A stretch of DNA of 64,000 nucleotides, from the NCBI GenBank assembly GCA_964016885.1, contig OZ024741.1:372248001-372312000 (forward strand), in the 5' to 3' direction. The notes beneath the pieces are model-generated. The model was not told the origin of the DNA. It saw only the letters and a list, made by a program, of their open reading frames with translations, and made no database searches. This stretch comes from Eledone cirrhosa (Eukaryota). Of this stretch, positions 13,064 to 26,888 are shown piece by piece (the first letter of the stretch is position 1; the number at the start of each line of letters is the position of its first letter). The position numbers were made by a program, and so were the translations under genes.

Positions 13064-15821
13064 ATAAACGGAAAAAAATGAAACGATATTTCATTTCCCA
13101 CTCTTAGTACGGCTGTTACTTAAATATAAGTATGTACACGTACATACATATATGTATACCGACGTACAGTAGTATGTATATATATATATACATACATGCA
13201 CACATATATATATGCACGTATGGATTCACCGAACATTTATTATAATGCTCGGTGTGTTTGTAAACAAACATCCCGTATTAAGCCGTAGTGTCTAGCAACC
13301 ACCGTTGCTCGTTTGTTCAACACTGACAAAGGAACGCTGTACTAGTTTCAAGCTTGTTAGCTATCGTCAGCAACGTATACCTTCCTGCCAGATTGTTGAA
13401 CGTATATACTTACCTTATGCATATTGACGGCCGAGTAGCCCAATATGCATATCGAGTGGGTTAATCGGCCGGGTGCACCGAAAACGATAAACGGAAAAAA
13501 ATGAAACGATATTTCATTTCCCACTCTTAGTACGGCTGTTACTTAAATATAAGTATGTACACGTACATACATATATGTATACCGACGTACAGTAGTATGT
13601 ATATATATATATACATACATGCACACATATATATATGCACGTATGGATTCACCGAACATTTATTATAATGCTCGGTGTGTTTGTAAACAAACATCCCGTA
13701 TTAAGCCGTAGTGTCTAGCAACCACCGTTGCTCGTTTGTTCAACACTGACAAAGGAACGCTGTACTAGTTTCAAGCTTGTTAGCTATCGTCAGCAACGTA
13801 TACCTTCCTGCCAGATTGTTGAACGTATATACTTACCTTATGCATATTGACGGCCGAGTAGCCCAATATGCATATCGAGTGGGTTAATCGGCCGGGTGCA
13901 CCGAAAACGATAAACGGAAAAAAATGAAACGATATTTCATTTCCCACTCTTAGTACGGCTGTTACTTAAATATAAGTATGTACACGTACATACATATATG
14001 TATACCGACGTACAGTAGTATGTATATATATATATACATACATGCACACATATATATATGCACGTATGGATTCACCGAACATTTATTATAATGCTCGGTG
14101 TGTTTGTAAACAAACATCCCGTATTAAGCCGTAGTGTCTAGCAACCACCGTTGCTCGTTTGTTCAACACTGACAAAGGAACGCTGTACTAGTTTCAAGCT
14201 TGTTAGCTATCGTCAGCAACGTATACCTTCCTGCCAGATTGTTGAACGTATATACTTACCTTATGCATATTGACGGCCGAGTAGCCCAATATGCATATCG
14301 AGTGGGTTAATCGGCCGGGTGCACCGAAAACGATAAACGGAAAAAAATGAAACGATATTTCATTTCCCACTCTTAGTACGGCTGTTACTTAAATATAAGT
14401 ATGTACACGTACATACATATATGTATACCGACGTACAGTAGTATGTATATATATATATACATACATGCACACATATATATATGCACGTATGGATTCACCG
14501 AACATTTATTATAATGCTCGGTGTGTTTGTAAACAAACATCCCGTATTAAGCCGTAGTGTCTAGCAACCACCGTTGCTCGTTTGTTCAACACTGACAAAG
14601 GAACGCTGTACTAGTTTCAAGCTTGTTAGCTATCGTCAGCAACGTATACCTTCCTGCCAGATTGTTGAACGTATATACTTACCTTATGCATATTGACGGC
14701 CGAGTAGCCCAATATGCATATCGAGTGGGTTAATCGGCCGGGTGCACCGAAAACGATAAACGGAAAAAAAATGAAACGATATTTCATTTCCCACTCTTAG
14801 TACGGCTGTTACTTAAATATAAGTATGTACACGTACATACATATATGTATACCGACGTACAGTAGTATGTATATATATATATACATACATGCACACATAT
14901 ATATATGCACGTATGGATTCACCGAACATTTATTATAATGCTCGGTGTGTTTGTAAACAAACATCCCGTATTAAGCCGTAGTGTCTAGCAACCACCGTTG
15001 CTCGTTTGTTCAACACTGACAAAGGAACGCTGTACTAGTTTCAAGCTTGTTAGCTATCGTCAGCAACGTATACCTTCCTGCCAGATTGTTGAACGTATAT
15101 ACTTACCTTATGCATATTGACGGCCGAGTAGCCCAATATGCATATCGAGTGGGTTAATCGGCCGGGTGCACCGAAAACGATAAACGGAAAAAAATGAAAC
15201 GATATTTCATTTCCCACTCTTAGTACGGCTGTTACTTAAATATAAGTATGTACACGTACATACATATATGTATACCGACGTACAGTAGTATGTATATATA
15301 TATATACATACATGCACACATATATATATGCACGTATGGATTCACCGAACATTTATTATAATGCTCGGTGTGTTTGTAAACAAACATCCCGTATTAAGCC
15401 GTAGTGTCTAGCAACCACCGTTGCTCGTTTGTTCAACACTGACAAAGGAACGCTGTACTAGTTTCAAGCTTGTTAGCTATCGTCAGCAACGTATACCTTC
15501 CTGCCAGATTGTTGAACGTATATACTTACCTTATGCATATTGACGGCCGAGTAGCCCAATATGCATATCGAGTGGGTTAATCGGCCGGGTGCACCGAAAA
15601 CGATAAACGGAAAAAAATGAAACGATATTTCATTTCCCACTCTTAGTACGGCTGTTACTTAAATATAAGTATGTACACGTACATACATATATGTATACCG
15701 ACGTACAGTAGTATGTATATATATATATACATACATGCACACATATATATATGCACGTATGGATTCACCGAACATTTATTATAATGCTCGGTGTGTTTGT
15801 AAACAAACATCCCGTATTAAG
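13064..15821 (-). repeat. Tandem array of 6.5 x 423-bp near-identical units, one hammerhead per unit (retrozyme-like / pLTR multimer)
   Basis: The anchor 'cggaaaaaaatgaaacg' recurs at 13069, 13492, 13915, 14338, 14761, 15185 and 15608 (period 423, one 424). HHRs lie at 13334-13376, 13757-13799, 14180-14222, 14603-14645, 15027-15069 and 15450-15492. Confidence 0.95.
13334..13376 (-). ncRNA. Type I hammerhead ribozyme, family E (first of six tandem copies)
   Basis: ACGUUG CUGACGA U AGCU aaca AGCU U GAAA CUAG UA CAGCGU: canonical core, palindromic helix III (ACUAGU), GUA site. Confidence 0.8.
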
Positions 15822-16562
15822 TCGATTGCAAACCCAATGCTCTAACCACTAAGCCATGCGCCTGCTGTCAAAGCAACTGATCCTAGAAAGTCTACAATGA
15901 AATTATACCAAAATAATTTCCCCAGTTTTTGGCACCATAAGAAACCTGTGGATTGTGTAAAATAAAATATAAAGAATTGTAAGTAAAGCTGAGCTTCAGT
16001 ATAAATTAAGATGTATCCAAAAGGAAGTGCACACTCTTACCCCTAGTTATAATAAAAATAATGAGGTATTGAGAAGTTGCTGAGTAAAATGAATGAATGG
16101 AGTAAAAATAGTTTATTCTACAGCCAGGATGTAGAAAGATATGAATCTGTAAAAAACAAAATGTTTAATAACATAAAGCAATCAAGACAAAGACATCTTA
16201 ACTTTCAAGTTGCTGAGATATTAAAAACATCAGATATATATATATATTATTATTAAAAACATCAGATATATATATATATTATTCAGAATATTAATAAATG
16301 AAGACATTCACGTAGTCAAAATATATGTTTTATTATATATATTTGGAAGGTACTGTATTGTTTTTCAGTACGTCCTCGTCAGATAAAATACATGAATTGA
16401 TGTATGACATATCTCCACAGTCTTGATAGTTCAATTCCAGAATTGGCAGTTTTATTCAGATTCTGAATAATATTAATAACTTTATAAAACTTTTTGTAGA
16501 GTGCTTTTAATCTATTGTAAAACTATATTCATTGAGTGATCAATGAACCATATTATCTTTGG

Positions 16563-16593
<31 letters not shown>

Positions 16594-16598
<5 letters not shown>

Positions 16599-17112
16599 GG
16601 AAAAAATCAAACGAAATTTCATTTCTCACTCACTCTTAGTACGACTGTTACTTAAATATAAGTATGTATACGTACATACATATATGTATACAGACGTACA
16701 GTAGTATGTATATATATACAGTATATATATATATACATACTACTGTATCGTTATCGTTTTCGGTGCGCCCGGCCGATTAACTCACTCGATATGCAAATTA
16801 GGCTGCTCAGCCGTTAATATGCATAAGGAAAGTATATACTTTCAGACGTTCAATCATCTGGCAGGAAGGTATACGGTGCTGACGATAGCTAATAAGCTTG
16901 AAACTAGTACATCGTTCCTTTGCCAGTGTTGAACAAAAGGGCAACGATGGTTGCTAAACCTTGTACGGCTTAATTCGGGATGTTTGTTTACAAACACACC
17001 GAGCATTATAATCCATACGTACATATATATATGTGTGCATGTATGTATATATATACATACTACTGTACGTCTGTATACATATATGTATGTACGTATACAT
17101 ACTTATATTTAT
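16594..17112 (+). mobile_element. Diverged single copy of the 423-bp unit with an inverted partial copy upstream; HHR at 16873-16915 (+)
   Basis: 16594-16720 is in array orientation and 16745-17112 is inverted. HHR: ACGGTG CTGACGA TAGCT aata AGCTT GAAA CTAG TA CATCGT. Confidence 0.85.
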
Positions 17113-17217
17113 ATATATATATATATATATATAATATATTTAGAAACACACAGATACATGCGGACACACACATATACATGAATGCATCCGCACCCAACCG
17201 TGAGTTAAGGGTGCCAA

Positions 17218-17274
<57 letters not shown>

Positions 17275-17674
17275 TTTCTGAATTTGTTTAGCAAGATTCT
17301 TTATCTGAAAACGTGTGTTGAAACCGATATTGTTATACTTTGGGAGGGTCATGTTGCCAATAAGAAACACATGCACCAGTTGCTTTCACTTCAATTTATT
17401 ATAATAAATTTATAAATTTAGGAATTTATAAATTTCCGGTTGGTTGGTTGGTTCCACAACCAGATGGTTGTTTATATATTGTCAAAGTTCTTTCGTCACA
17501 CATTCTGTGACCTCTTCAGTGACTGGGGATTCTTTTCTTTGTTTTTGTGTCTCTCTTTTGTTCTGTCCTACGCCATCTTGTTTCTCAAGTTTTTCCTGGA
17601 TAGACTATCCAGGAAAAACTTGAACCATTAAGACCTCCTTCCTGGATATGTCAATATTTATAAAACAAACTTTG

Positions 17675-17735
17675 TATTTTATCTGATGAGAGCGTACCAA
17701 TGTTTTGGTACCCTTGAAATATATATAATAGAATA
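17675..17735 (+). ncRNA. Hammerhead-like motif, family B
   Basis: TATTTTAT CTGATGA [gag c gtaccaa tgtt ttggtac cctt] GAAA TATATA TA ATAGAATA. Confidence 0.6.
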
Positions 17736-17988
17736 AATATGGTTTTATAAATATAGTTTCCATTTATTTAATATCATAGATATTATACTCCAGAAAACTT
17801 GTCGAGTGCTATATATATATATATATACACATTTGAAATTAATTTTCTGATGTAATGATCAAATAATCTTTAGTAATGTTTTACAATGTGTCGTTATACA
17901 CAACACACACAGATACATACATACATATAATTGTATTTCTCTCTCTCTCTCTCTCTCTCTTTGTATATATATATATATATATATATAT

Positions 17989-18057
17989 TATAGAAGGAGC
18001 TTCTACAGGACTAGTACTGTTTCATTCAGATGAAATCTTCAGGAAGCTCCTTCTATA
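17989..18057 (-). ncRNA. Hammerhead-like motif, family C (related copies ~455-545 and ~40405-40460)
   Basis: CTGAAGA tttcatctgaat GAAA C agtact a G TC, enclosed by a 15-bp inverted repeat. Stem II is weak. Confidence 0.4.
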
Positions 18058-18135
18058 AAATAAAAAAATTTTTACTCTGCAATGTATTGAGTACCTTACT
18101 TACTGTGGTTATCCCCGACTCAACCCGGGACCTAC

Positions 18136-18251
<116 letters not shown>

Positions 18252-18266
18252 ACATAAGTATATATA

Positions 18267-18586
18267 TAGTGTATCCCCACTATTCGCGGTCCCGATTATT
18301 CGAGGAATTTTCCTTAGAAGCTAACTAATAATAGTTCGCGGAAACAACCACATATTCGCGGAATCGTAAATATCTTCCGTGATTATTTTATACCTTTTTT
18401 CGTAGCAATATATATTTTTAACACTAAATTATTAATAACAAGACATCACTATTTTTTTTAAATTATATTTTACGTTATATTTTGACATTTATAGGCATTT
18501 TTATGGACCACGTCCAATATTCACGGTTTTTCACTATTCGCGGCTGCTCTAGGAACGTTACGTCCGCGAATACCGGGGGACAACTG
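18267..18586. mobile_element. Tc1/mariner (Tigger-like) MITE
   Basis: Imperfect TIRs tagtgtatccccactattcgcgg / ccgcgaataccgggggacaactg with TA flanks. Confidence 0.7.
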
Positions 18587-18595
18587 TATACATAT

Positions 18596-18632
<37 letters not shown>

Positions 18633-18672
18633 CGTATGGATACTTACAGACACACATGTATACATATACAAG

Positions 18673-18736
<64 letters not shown>

Positions 18737-18971
18737 AAATAAACTACTTTTCAACAGAGTACTCGATACTTGGTATAGTAGAGTGTGATTATTTGAAAAT
18801 TCTATATTAGAAACAGCCGGGCCCTATTCCTAATATATATATATATATATGTGTGTGTGTGCATGTATACATTCATACATACATACATACATGCATACAT
18901 ATATATATATATATATGCGTGTGTGTATGTGTGCGTGTTTTTAGTTGTGTGTGTAAGTATATACATACATA

Positions 18972-19041
<70 letters not shown>

Positions 19042-19364
19042 CACACATATATATATATATGTGTGCGTATACCTATTTTCAGTAATTTTTCTTGGTTGTC
19101 TGCGTTGATATTTAAAAAAAAACCCACAATTAGTCGTTTAGTTTGGATGATACCCAACGCATCCTATATATTTTATAACGTATGGGATTTGTAATAATGT
19201 ACTTTTGTCATGTATAACGTTGTTTAATGTATAAAATAAATGAATTATTGCAGGAATGCTACCACTTCAAATATAATTTCGCCGGAGTTAGATTAGCAAA
19301 ATTTAATAAACGTGAGGGTTATTAAATTGTATGTATGTGTATATGTATATCATTATATTTGTTG

Positions 19365-19660
19365 GGTCGAAGTTAACTTTGCCTTTCATCCTTACGGGGT
19401 CGATAAAATAAAGTATTAGTAATGTACGGAGTAATTGCTGGCCTTGTGCCAAAAGTAGAAACAATTATATTTGTTGGATTGGCAGTATAGGTAGAGAGTC
19501 AGACGTCAAGCTTTGCAGCATAGAGTTACGGTCTTTTACGGTCTGAGTTCAAATTCCACCGAGGTTAACTTTACCTTTCATCCTTACAGGGTCGACAAAA
19601 TAAAGTACCAGTAATACACAGGGATAATTGCTGGCCTTGTGCCAAAAGTAGAAATAATTA
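19365..19660 (+). mobile_element. tRNA-derived SINE (3' half plus full copy)
   Basis: Matches the SINE consensus twice in tandem. Confidence 0.85.
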
Positions 19661-19960
19661 TATTTTGGTTTAAGGGGGAGAAATTGCATAATTTCAAAGT
19701 AAAATATATGATACATATATTCTATTGATGAGTGTAGTCACTGTAGCTACATCTGTTATGAATTAATTAAAAAAAACTGTCAATCCCATCTAATTTATTA
19801 TTATGTTATATACACTGTGTCAAGCAAAAATTATTTTCAGTTGCGTGACCAGCGGTAATCCGCGAGTTGCATGGCGGCAATAGTGAATAATCTTAGTAAT
19901 ATGATAAATATATATGTATGCAGATGTGAGAAAAACCACAGACCCTCCTTCTCAACTCTA

Positions 19961-19997
19961 CTTTTGAAAAGCAGAAGAACTGCGAAACTGGTAAAGG
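19961..19997 (+). ncRNA. Minimal hammerhead, family A copy
   Basis: CTT TTGAAAA GCAG aagaa CTGC GAAA CTGG TA AAG; the helix III palindrome is mutated. Confidence 0.55.
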
Positions 19998-20068
19998 ACC
20001 CAAATAAATATATATATATATTTTTAAATAAGACTCCAGTTGCATTTTCTATTTCATCTTTTTTTCTT

Positions 20069-20101
<33 letters not shown>

Positions 20102-20414
20102 GATCGAGTATCGAAAAATCGGCGCACGAGTTCACGATAAACAATATTCGAAATGAGCGGCAGAGGGCTCAATAATTCAGATGAATCAGAGCTATAACTA
20201 TCGTTAAAATACCGTCACATATAGAACAAGTCTACAATCAACCATACGATAAAAAATCGATAATAGAAGATTCGGGACAAACAGATAAAAAATATCAATA
20301 AAACAATACATCAATAATTTAAAATATATATATATATATTTGTTTATTTATTTATTTATATATATACACACAAACGCGCGCGCGCACATTATATATTTCA
20401 GAATATATATATAT

Positions 20415-20520
<106 letters not shown>

Positions 20521-20628
20521 ATATATAACGAAGGAAATGTGGTAAAGAACCAGGTGGACCATAACGCACCAAAGTGCAGAATTAGCCGTCGAAACGGCTT
20601 GAGCTCAGGTGTCGGGGTCTTACTGGTT

Positions 20629-20751
<123 letters not shown>

Positions 20752-20810
20752 TGTATCTATATCTATATCTATATCTCCCTTATTTTGTGCCCCTGTGGCT
20801 AATAAAGAAA

Positions 20811-20921
<111 letters not shown>

Positions 20922-20940
20922 ATATGTGTGTTGAAAATTT

Positions 20941-21860
20941 GTATGTATGTATGTTCTACAGGTTTTATAATATAAATTTTTTACCAATAGAGGGAGAGTC
21001 TAACATAGACACAAGACTCTCGCATTGGAATTTACACAACATCAACTATGTAGATATGTATGTTTGTATGCATGTCTACATGTGTGTGTAAGTGTGGATG
21101 TTATTGTATGTGTGGATGTGTATGTTTTGAGTTATATGTGTGTATGTGTATATGCTTTGTATCTGTACATGTGTATATGCAGCTATAAGATGCACAATTT
21201 TTGGAATGTTTTACATATTTTTACTGTTCCATTAATGGATTGTACTTGTAATTTCCTAACTAGTTGTGTTCTTTCTGTTCCTGTGAAGCCCAGCTTCTCA
21301 AGATTTGTATTGAGGCAGTTACTAACATACCCCAGTGCCTCAATAATCACAGGCATAAATCTGAAGGTATAATCATGGTGGAGTATCTGCAGATTTCTCA
21401 TTAGTTCTGCATAAATATTCTCCTTTTTGCTAATCTTTGATATTATATTGGCCTCTGCTGGGCAGCTAACTTCCACTGCTGTGCATGCCTTCTTTTCCTA
21501 TGTATGTATGTATGTATGTATGTATGTATGTATGTATGTATGTATGTATGTATGTATGTATGTATGTATGTATGTATGTATGTATGTATGTATGTATGTA
21601 TGTATGTATGTTCTTCTGGTTTTATAATTTCACAAAGTTTTACCAATAGAGAGAGAGTCGGTTTCTAACATAGACACAAGACTCTCTCATTGGAATTTAC
21701 ACAACATCAACTAGGTAGATATGTATGTATGTCTGCATGCATGTGTAGATATGGATGTTATTGTATGTGTGGATGTGTATGTTTTGAGTTGTATGTGTGC
21801 ATGTGTATATGCTTTGTATCTGTACATGTGTATATGCAGTTATTAGATGCAAAGTTTTTC
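20941..21860 (-). mobile_element. RLE-type (R4-like) non-LTR 3' fragment with duplicated 3' UTR, set in (TACA)n
   Basis: ORF 21183-21476 EVSCPAE..KENIYAEL..FMPVIIEALG. The 3' UTR at 20960-21190 is repeated at 21625-21855. Confidence 0.7.
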
Positions 21861-22503
21861 ACAGGCATTGCTTTATATCTGGAGATCTCTCTGCGCACTT
21901 GTCGTTACATGGGCCCAGCATTATGTGTCAATAATTGTCACAGGTGTAGTGTTTGTACCAGAGTTTTCAAGTCGCTGGCTGGACTAAGAAGTCACACTCG
22001 TTCAGCGCATCGGTGGTTCTCCTACATGGATATAAAGTAGTGGCCGTACTCGAAAACGAGTTGGCAGCCACAATGTATGTATGTATGTATGTATGTATGT
22101 ATGTATGTATGTATGTATGTATGTATGTATGTATGTATGTATGTATGTATGTATGTATGTATTTATGCATTGATATCTTACATATGTATACACCGTTATT
22201 AAATATTTACAAATAATCTATTGATAGTCAAGTGAATACGTTCAATAAAATCTATGTTTCTCAGTGATTGGATTCGTTAAAAATCTTGACTGCCAAATAT
22301 TTGAGTGATTAAACTAAAATGTTTAGTACTGGTTATATGAAATCGGAATTATGTGAAACTATATTTTTTCGACACGTTGACGCGTATATATATATATATA
22401 CACACACACACACATATATACGTATATATATATATATATATATATTAGAATTGGTGCTCTGAAATAGCCATATATACATTCATATATATATATATATATA
22501 TAA

Positions 22504-22534
<31 letters not shown>

Positions 22535-22649
22535 TGTGCGTGTGTGTGTGTGTGTGTGTGTGCATATGCATACGTTCATATGCATGAGTTTATAAATAAA
22601 TATAAACGAGCAAACTCAGCCACACTTACAAAATACACTCACAGACATA

Positions 22650-22724
<75 letters not shown>

Positions 22725-23110
22725 ACACATACACACACACACACTGTGTGACGGACAGACGGACGGAAGTTACTGAAATTTATATATAGATTAAAGTATT
22801 GTACAGATTTATGGAATGTTTGATACAAGGTACATGTAATTATCGTTTCTCCGTAACGCCACGTGAGACACGAGACGACCAATATCTTCTCACTAAACGG
22901 TAAAATGACAAACAAAAACCTAAAATATCTGAGAAGAAGAAGAAGAAGAAGAAGAAGAAGAAGAAGAAGAAGAAGAAGAAGAAGAAGAAGAAGAAGGAGG
23001 AGGATGAAAGGCAAAGCTAACCACGACAGGATTTGGATTCGGAACGTAAAGGGCCGTAATTCTATGCCGCAAAGCATGTTGTACGACACTCTATCGATAC
23101 TGTCAATCAA

Positions 23111-23150
<40 letters not shown>

Positions 23151-23155
23151 TTAAT

Positions 23156-23188
<33 letters not shown>

Positions 23189-24226
23189 GTGAAGAAGAAG
23201 AAGAAGAAGAAGATGATGATGTGGTGTCAAGCTAAGACATAATTTTGTCTTAAACAATTCAAAATGAATGTGATTTCAATTTAGACAATTTAAAATAAAT
23301 AGAAGACTATTATTTCGATTGAGTTTCAGAATGAGTGTGTATTTAAAGTTTTCTCCATAGCTGTTGTCAGTCTCGATCCCAGAGGCTCATCAGGCGACTG
23401 CTTATCCCGGTTTCTGTGGCATTAAGCTACAGAGAGTACAAGACTCTACCCTGGATAGGACACCCATCCGTCGTAGGGTTAAACCCTCATAGTTGTGACG
23501 GTGTGGAATGCACTGGTTATCGTAGCAGTTGTGATGGTGGTTATGATGATGATGGCGACGATGCTTATGCTGATGCTGTTGCTCTAAAGATCAGACATCA
23601 TACATCTCCTCCTCCTCCTCCTCCTCCTCCTCCTCCTCCTCCTCCTCCTCCTCCTCCTCCTCCTCCTCCTCCTCCTCCTCCTACTCCTCCTCCTTCTTCT
23701 TCTCCCCCTCCTCCCCTTCTTCTACTCTACCTTCTCACTCTATGTTTACCCTCCTACTTCCTTTCTCTTCCTTTTATTCATTGTATTGATATATTCTTCT
23801 TGCCCCTCCCACTTGTTCTTCTCTTTCTTCCATCCCTTGTATTTGTTTCTTCCCCCAACACCTCCATCTCTAACCCACTTACCCCTCCTCTATTACAATG
23901 ATGGGAAGAAGAAGAAGAAGAAGAAGAAGAAGAAGAAGAAGAAGAAGAAGAAGAAGAAGAAGCAAAGGAAGAAGAAGAAGAAGAAGAAGAAGAAGAAGAA
24001 GAAGAAGAAGAAGAAAAAGAAGTGAAGAAGCAAAGAAGAAGGGAAAGAAGAAAAAAAAGAAGAAAAAAAGGAGAAGAAGAAGAAGAAGAAGAAGAAGAAG
24101 AAAAAGAAGAAAAAGAGGACTAACAACAACAACAACAACAACATCAGCAACCACTGTAATAACAACAACAAGGGATAACAACAGCAGTATCATTAGCTAT
24201 AGAAAAAGAGATGTGGTTTTAAATTT

Positions 24227-24346
24227 CCAATAAGACGCAAACCCTAGCTAAAGGCAAGCAGAAAAGAGGGCGTGGTCGAGTAGAAAAGAGGGCGTGGTCG
24301 AGTAGAAAAGAGGGCGTGGTCGAAAGACGGTGCTGTTTTCTCAGTT
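24227..24346 (+). promoter_or_regulatory. Candidate core promoter for the homeobox gene
   Basis: CCAAT at 24227; three 22-bp tandem units each carrying GGGCGTGG (Sp/KLF box) at 24260-24323; Inr-like TCAGTT at 24341. About 2.5 kb upstream of the ATG. Confidence 0.4.
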
Positions 24347-25212
24347 GTATATTGACCATTGAAACCATAAGAAGCGAGTGAAGTGACAACACTCTGCTTG
24401 TTTGGTTGGCTGTGGCTGGATGGCTGCTCTTTACCAACTGTTATTTCAAGTTTCCACTTCGGCTGGTATTTTCTCTTCTCTCACCAGTCTCGACAGCTTT
24501 ACATAACACAACATATATACATAGCAACAACAACAACAATACATACATACATATATAGCAATAACAACAACATCAACAATCCATACATACATATATAGCA
24601 ACAACAACAACATCAACACAATACATACATACATATATAGCAACAATAATACACAGAAAAATACACACAAAAATGTACACACAAAAAATACACATAAATA
24701 TATATACACAAACAAAAATATACTCACAAAAATATACACACAAAATATAAACAAAAATATACTCATAAAAATATACTCACAAAAATATACACACATATAC
24801 ACACAAAAATATACACACAAAAATATACACACAAAAATATAAACAAAAGAATACACACAAAGATATACACTCTAAATATACACAAAAATATACACTCTAA
24901 ATATACACAAAAAATATACACTCTAAATATACATACAAAATATACACACAATAAATATTCATGTACACACACAAATAGAAGAAAAATGACCCCCAAAATT
25001 TGTGATGTGGCTTACTGGATAACATAACTTAACATATAACAATTTTGTACTAAAGATTTTATAATAGAAAAAGACAACAACTCTATATTACAAAAAGAAA
25101 CCTCTCTCTAATAGAAAAAAGACTATAATATATATATATATATATATATAAGACCAAACTCTATTTTAGTATTGAGTACTCTTTTCTCTCAGCCATCAAC
25201 CACATATATATA

Positions 25213-25267
<55 letters not shown>

Positions 25268-25721
25268 CTCAGCGCAACAGATGTGACTAAAGAACACAGA
25301 GAACAACAACAATAACAACAATAACAACAATAACAACAACAATAACAACAACAATAACAAAAACAATGGAAACTACAATGGCAAGTGTTAAAACTCACTG
25401 GCTTACAACAACAACAACTACTATAACAGCATTAAATTCTTAACAACAATGTCATCTTTACCTCCCCAAACTAACCAATACCACTCAATCAATACCACTA
25501 ATGTATAATAATATAATACACTTAAAATAACGACCAGTATTCTGGCTATCGTCTGCTTTCCCTCATCCATTCAAGATTTCACTGTGATTGCATCTAACAG
25601 AGGATTTTTTTTTATTGAATGTCTGTCTGATGCTTGTCCAGGCCTTATCAGACATTATATACGTTTTTTTTGTTGTTGTTATTTTAACGGCGAAAGCAGC
25701 AGTCGCTGCTACGAAAAATAT

Positions 25722-25792
<71 letters not shown>

Positions 25793-26162
25793 TTTCGTTC
25801 GGTTTAATACCATCACCTGATTCTTGGGTGTCTTTCGTGGAGTTTACTTTATTGCAAGAATACAGACCAGATTTTCTCTTCATTCCTATAGTCTAGGAGA
25901 CCCTGATAAAGAAATGCGCCATGGGCGCTGTCTACGGCAAAAAACAATTCAACAACAACAACAACCGAAACTCCAGAAAGGAAGCTATATATGTTAAAAG
26001 TCCAAATGGCATTGAACGATAGAAGGACGCTGTTTTTGGTCTCACGGATTAATATTTACATCTGGAACTGAACATAGACTTTTTTTCACAGCTCCACAAC
26101 CACTCTGGACACCATAGTACATACCGATACACACAGACACATAAATACACACAAGCACTTTA

Positions 26163-26249
<87 letters not shown>

Positions 26250-26888
26250 TAACCTATCACTCTGTCTATCTATATATCTATGTAGCTTCAAGTAATAAGA
26301 AACAACAAAAACAAAACAAAAACAAAAAACAAAAACAAAAGAAAGAAGGAAAAAAAGAAGAAACTGGGAAAATACCTCCATGTAAGTTGATAAATACATT
26401 TCTCACACTATCTGAATCTCCTCATAAAAAATCCTTTAATAATTTTTTCTTAATCATGGCGGTGTCTCAGCATGGCCTCAGCCTGTCGGCTGGAACACGT
26501 AGTAGAATAGAGTAATACCTTGATAAATATTTGCCGTTAAACTTGACATTTCAACTCTGTTGATACCTACCCGGTAAAAACAGCTTTGGTTTTCTGAAAT
26601 AAAACCACCCACTTTAAAGTGTTCCTATTTAAATTAAATTATTCCAAAAATTTTATATAAAAACCATTTGTTAAGTTACTATCTTAATAATGAAATAATT
26701 AATAATTTTATTAAATCCCTCCAATTTGTTTCAATAATTAATTGAAATAGAGTGCATTTTATCAGAAATACAGCTACGAAAGGTGTGTCATCTCCAGCGA
26801 ATTTAGAAAAAAAAACACAAAACAAAACAAGAAGCAAATTTTAACTAAACTTTTTGGCGTTGAGAAAATATTCCATAGAGAGAAAATC

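Noticed and set aside
13064-15821. CRISPR-like interpretation of the tandem array
   Set aside because: Units are identical throughout with no unique spacers, and the context is eukaryotic.
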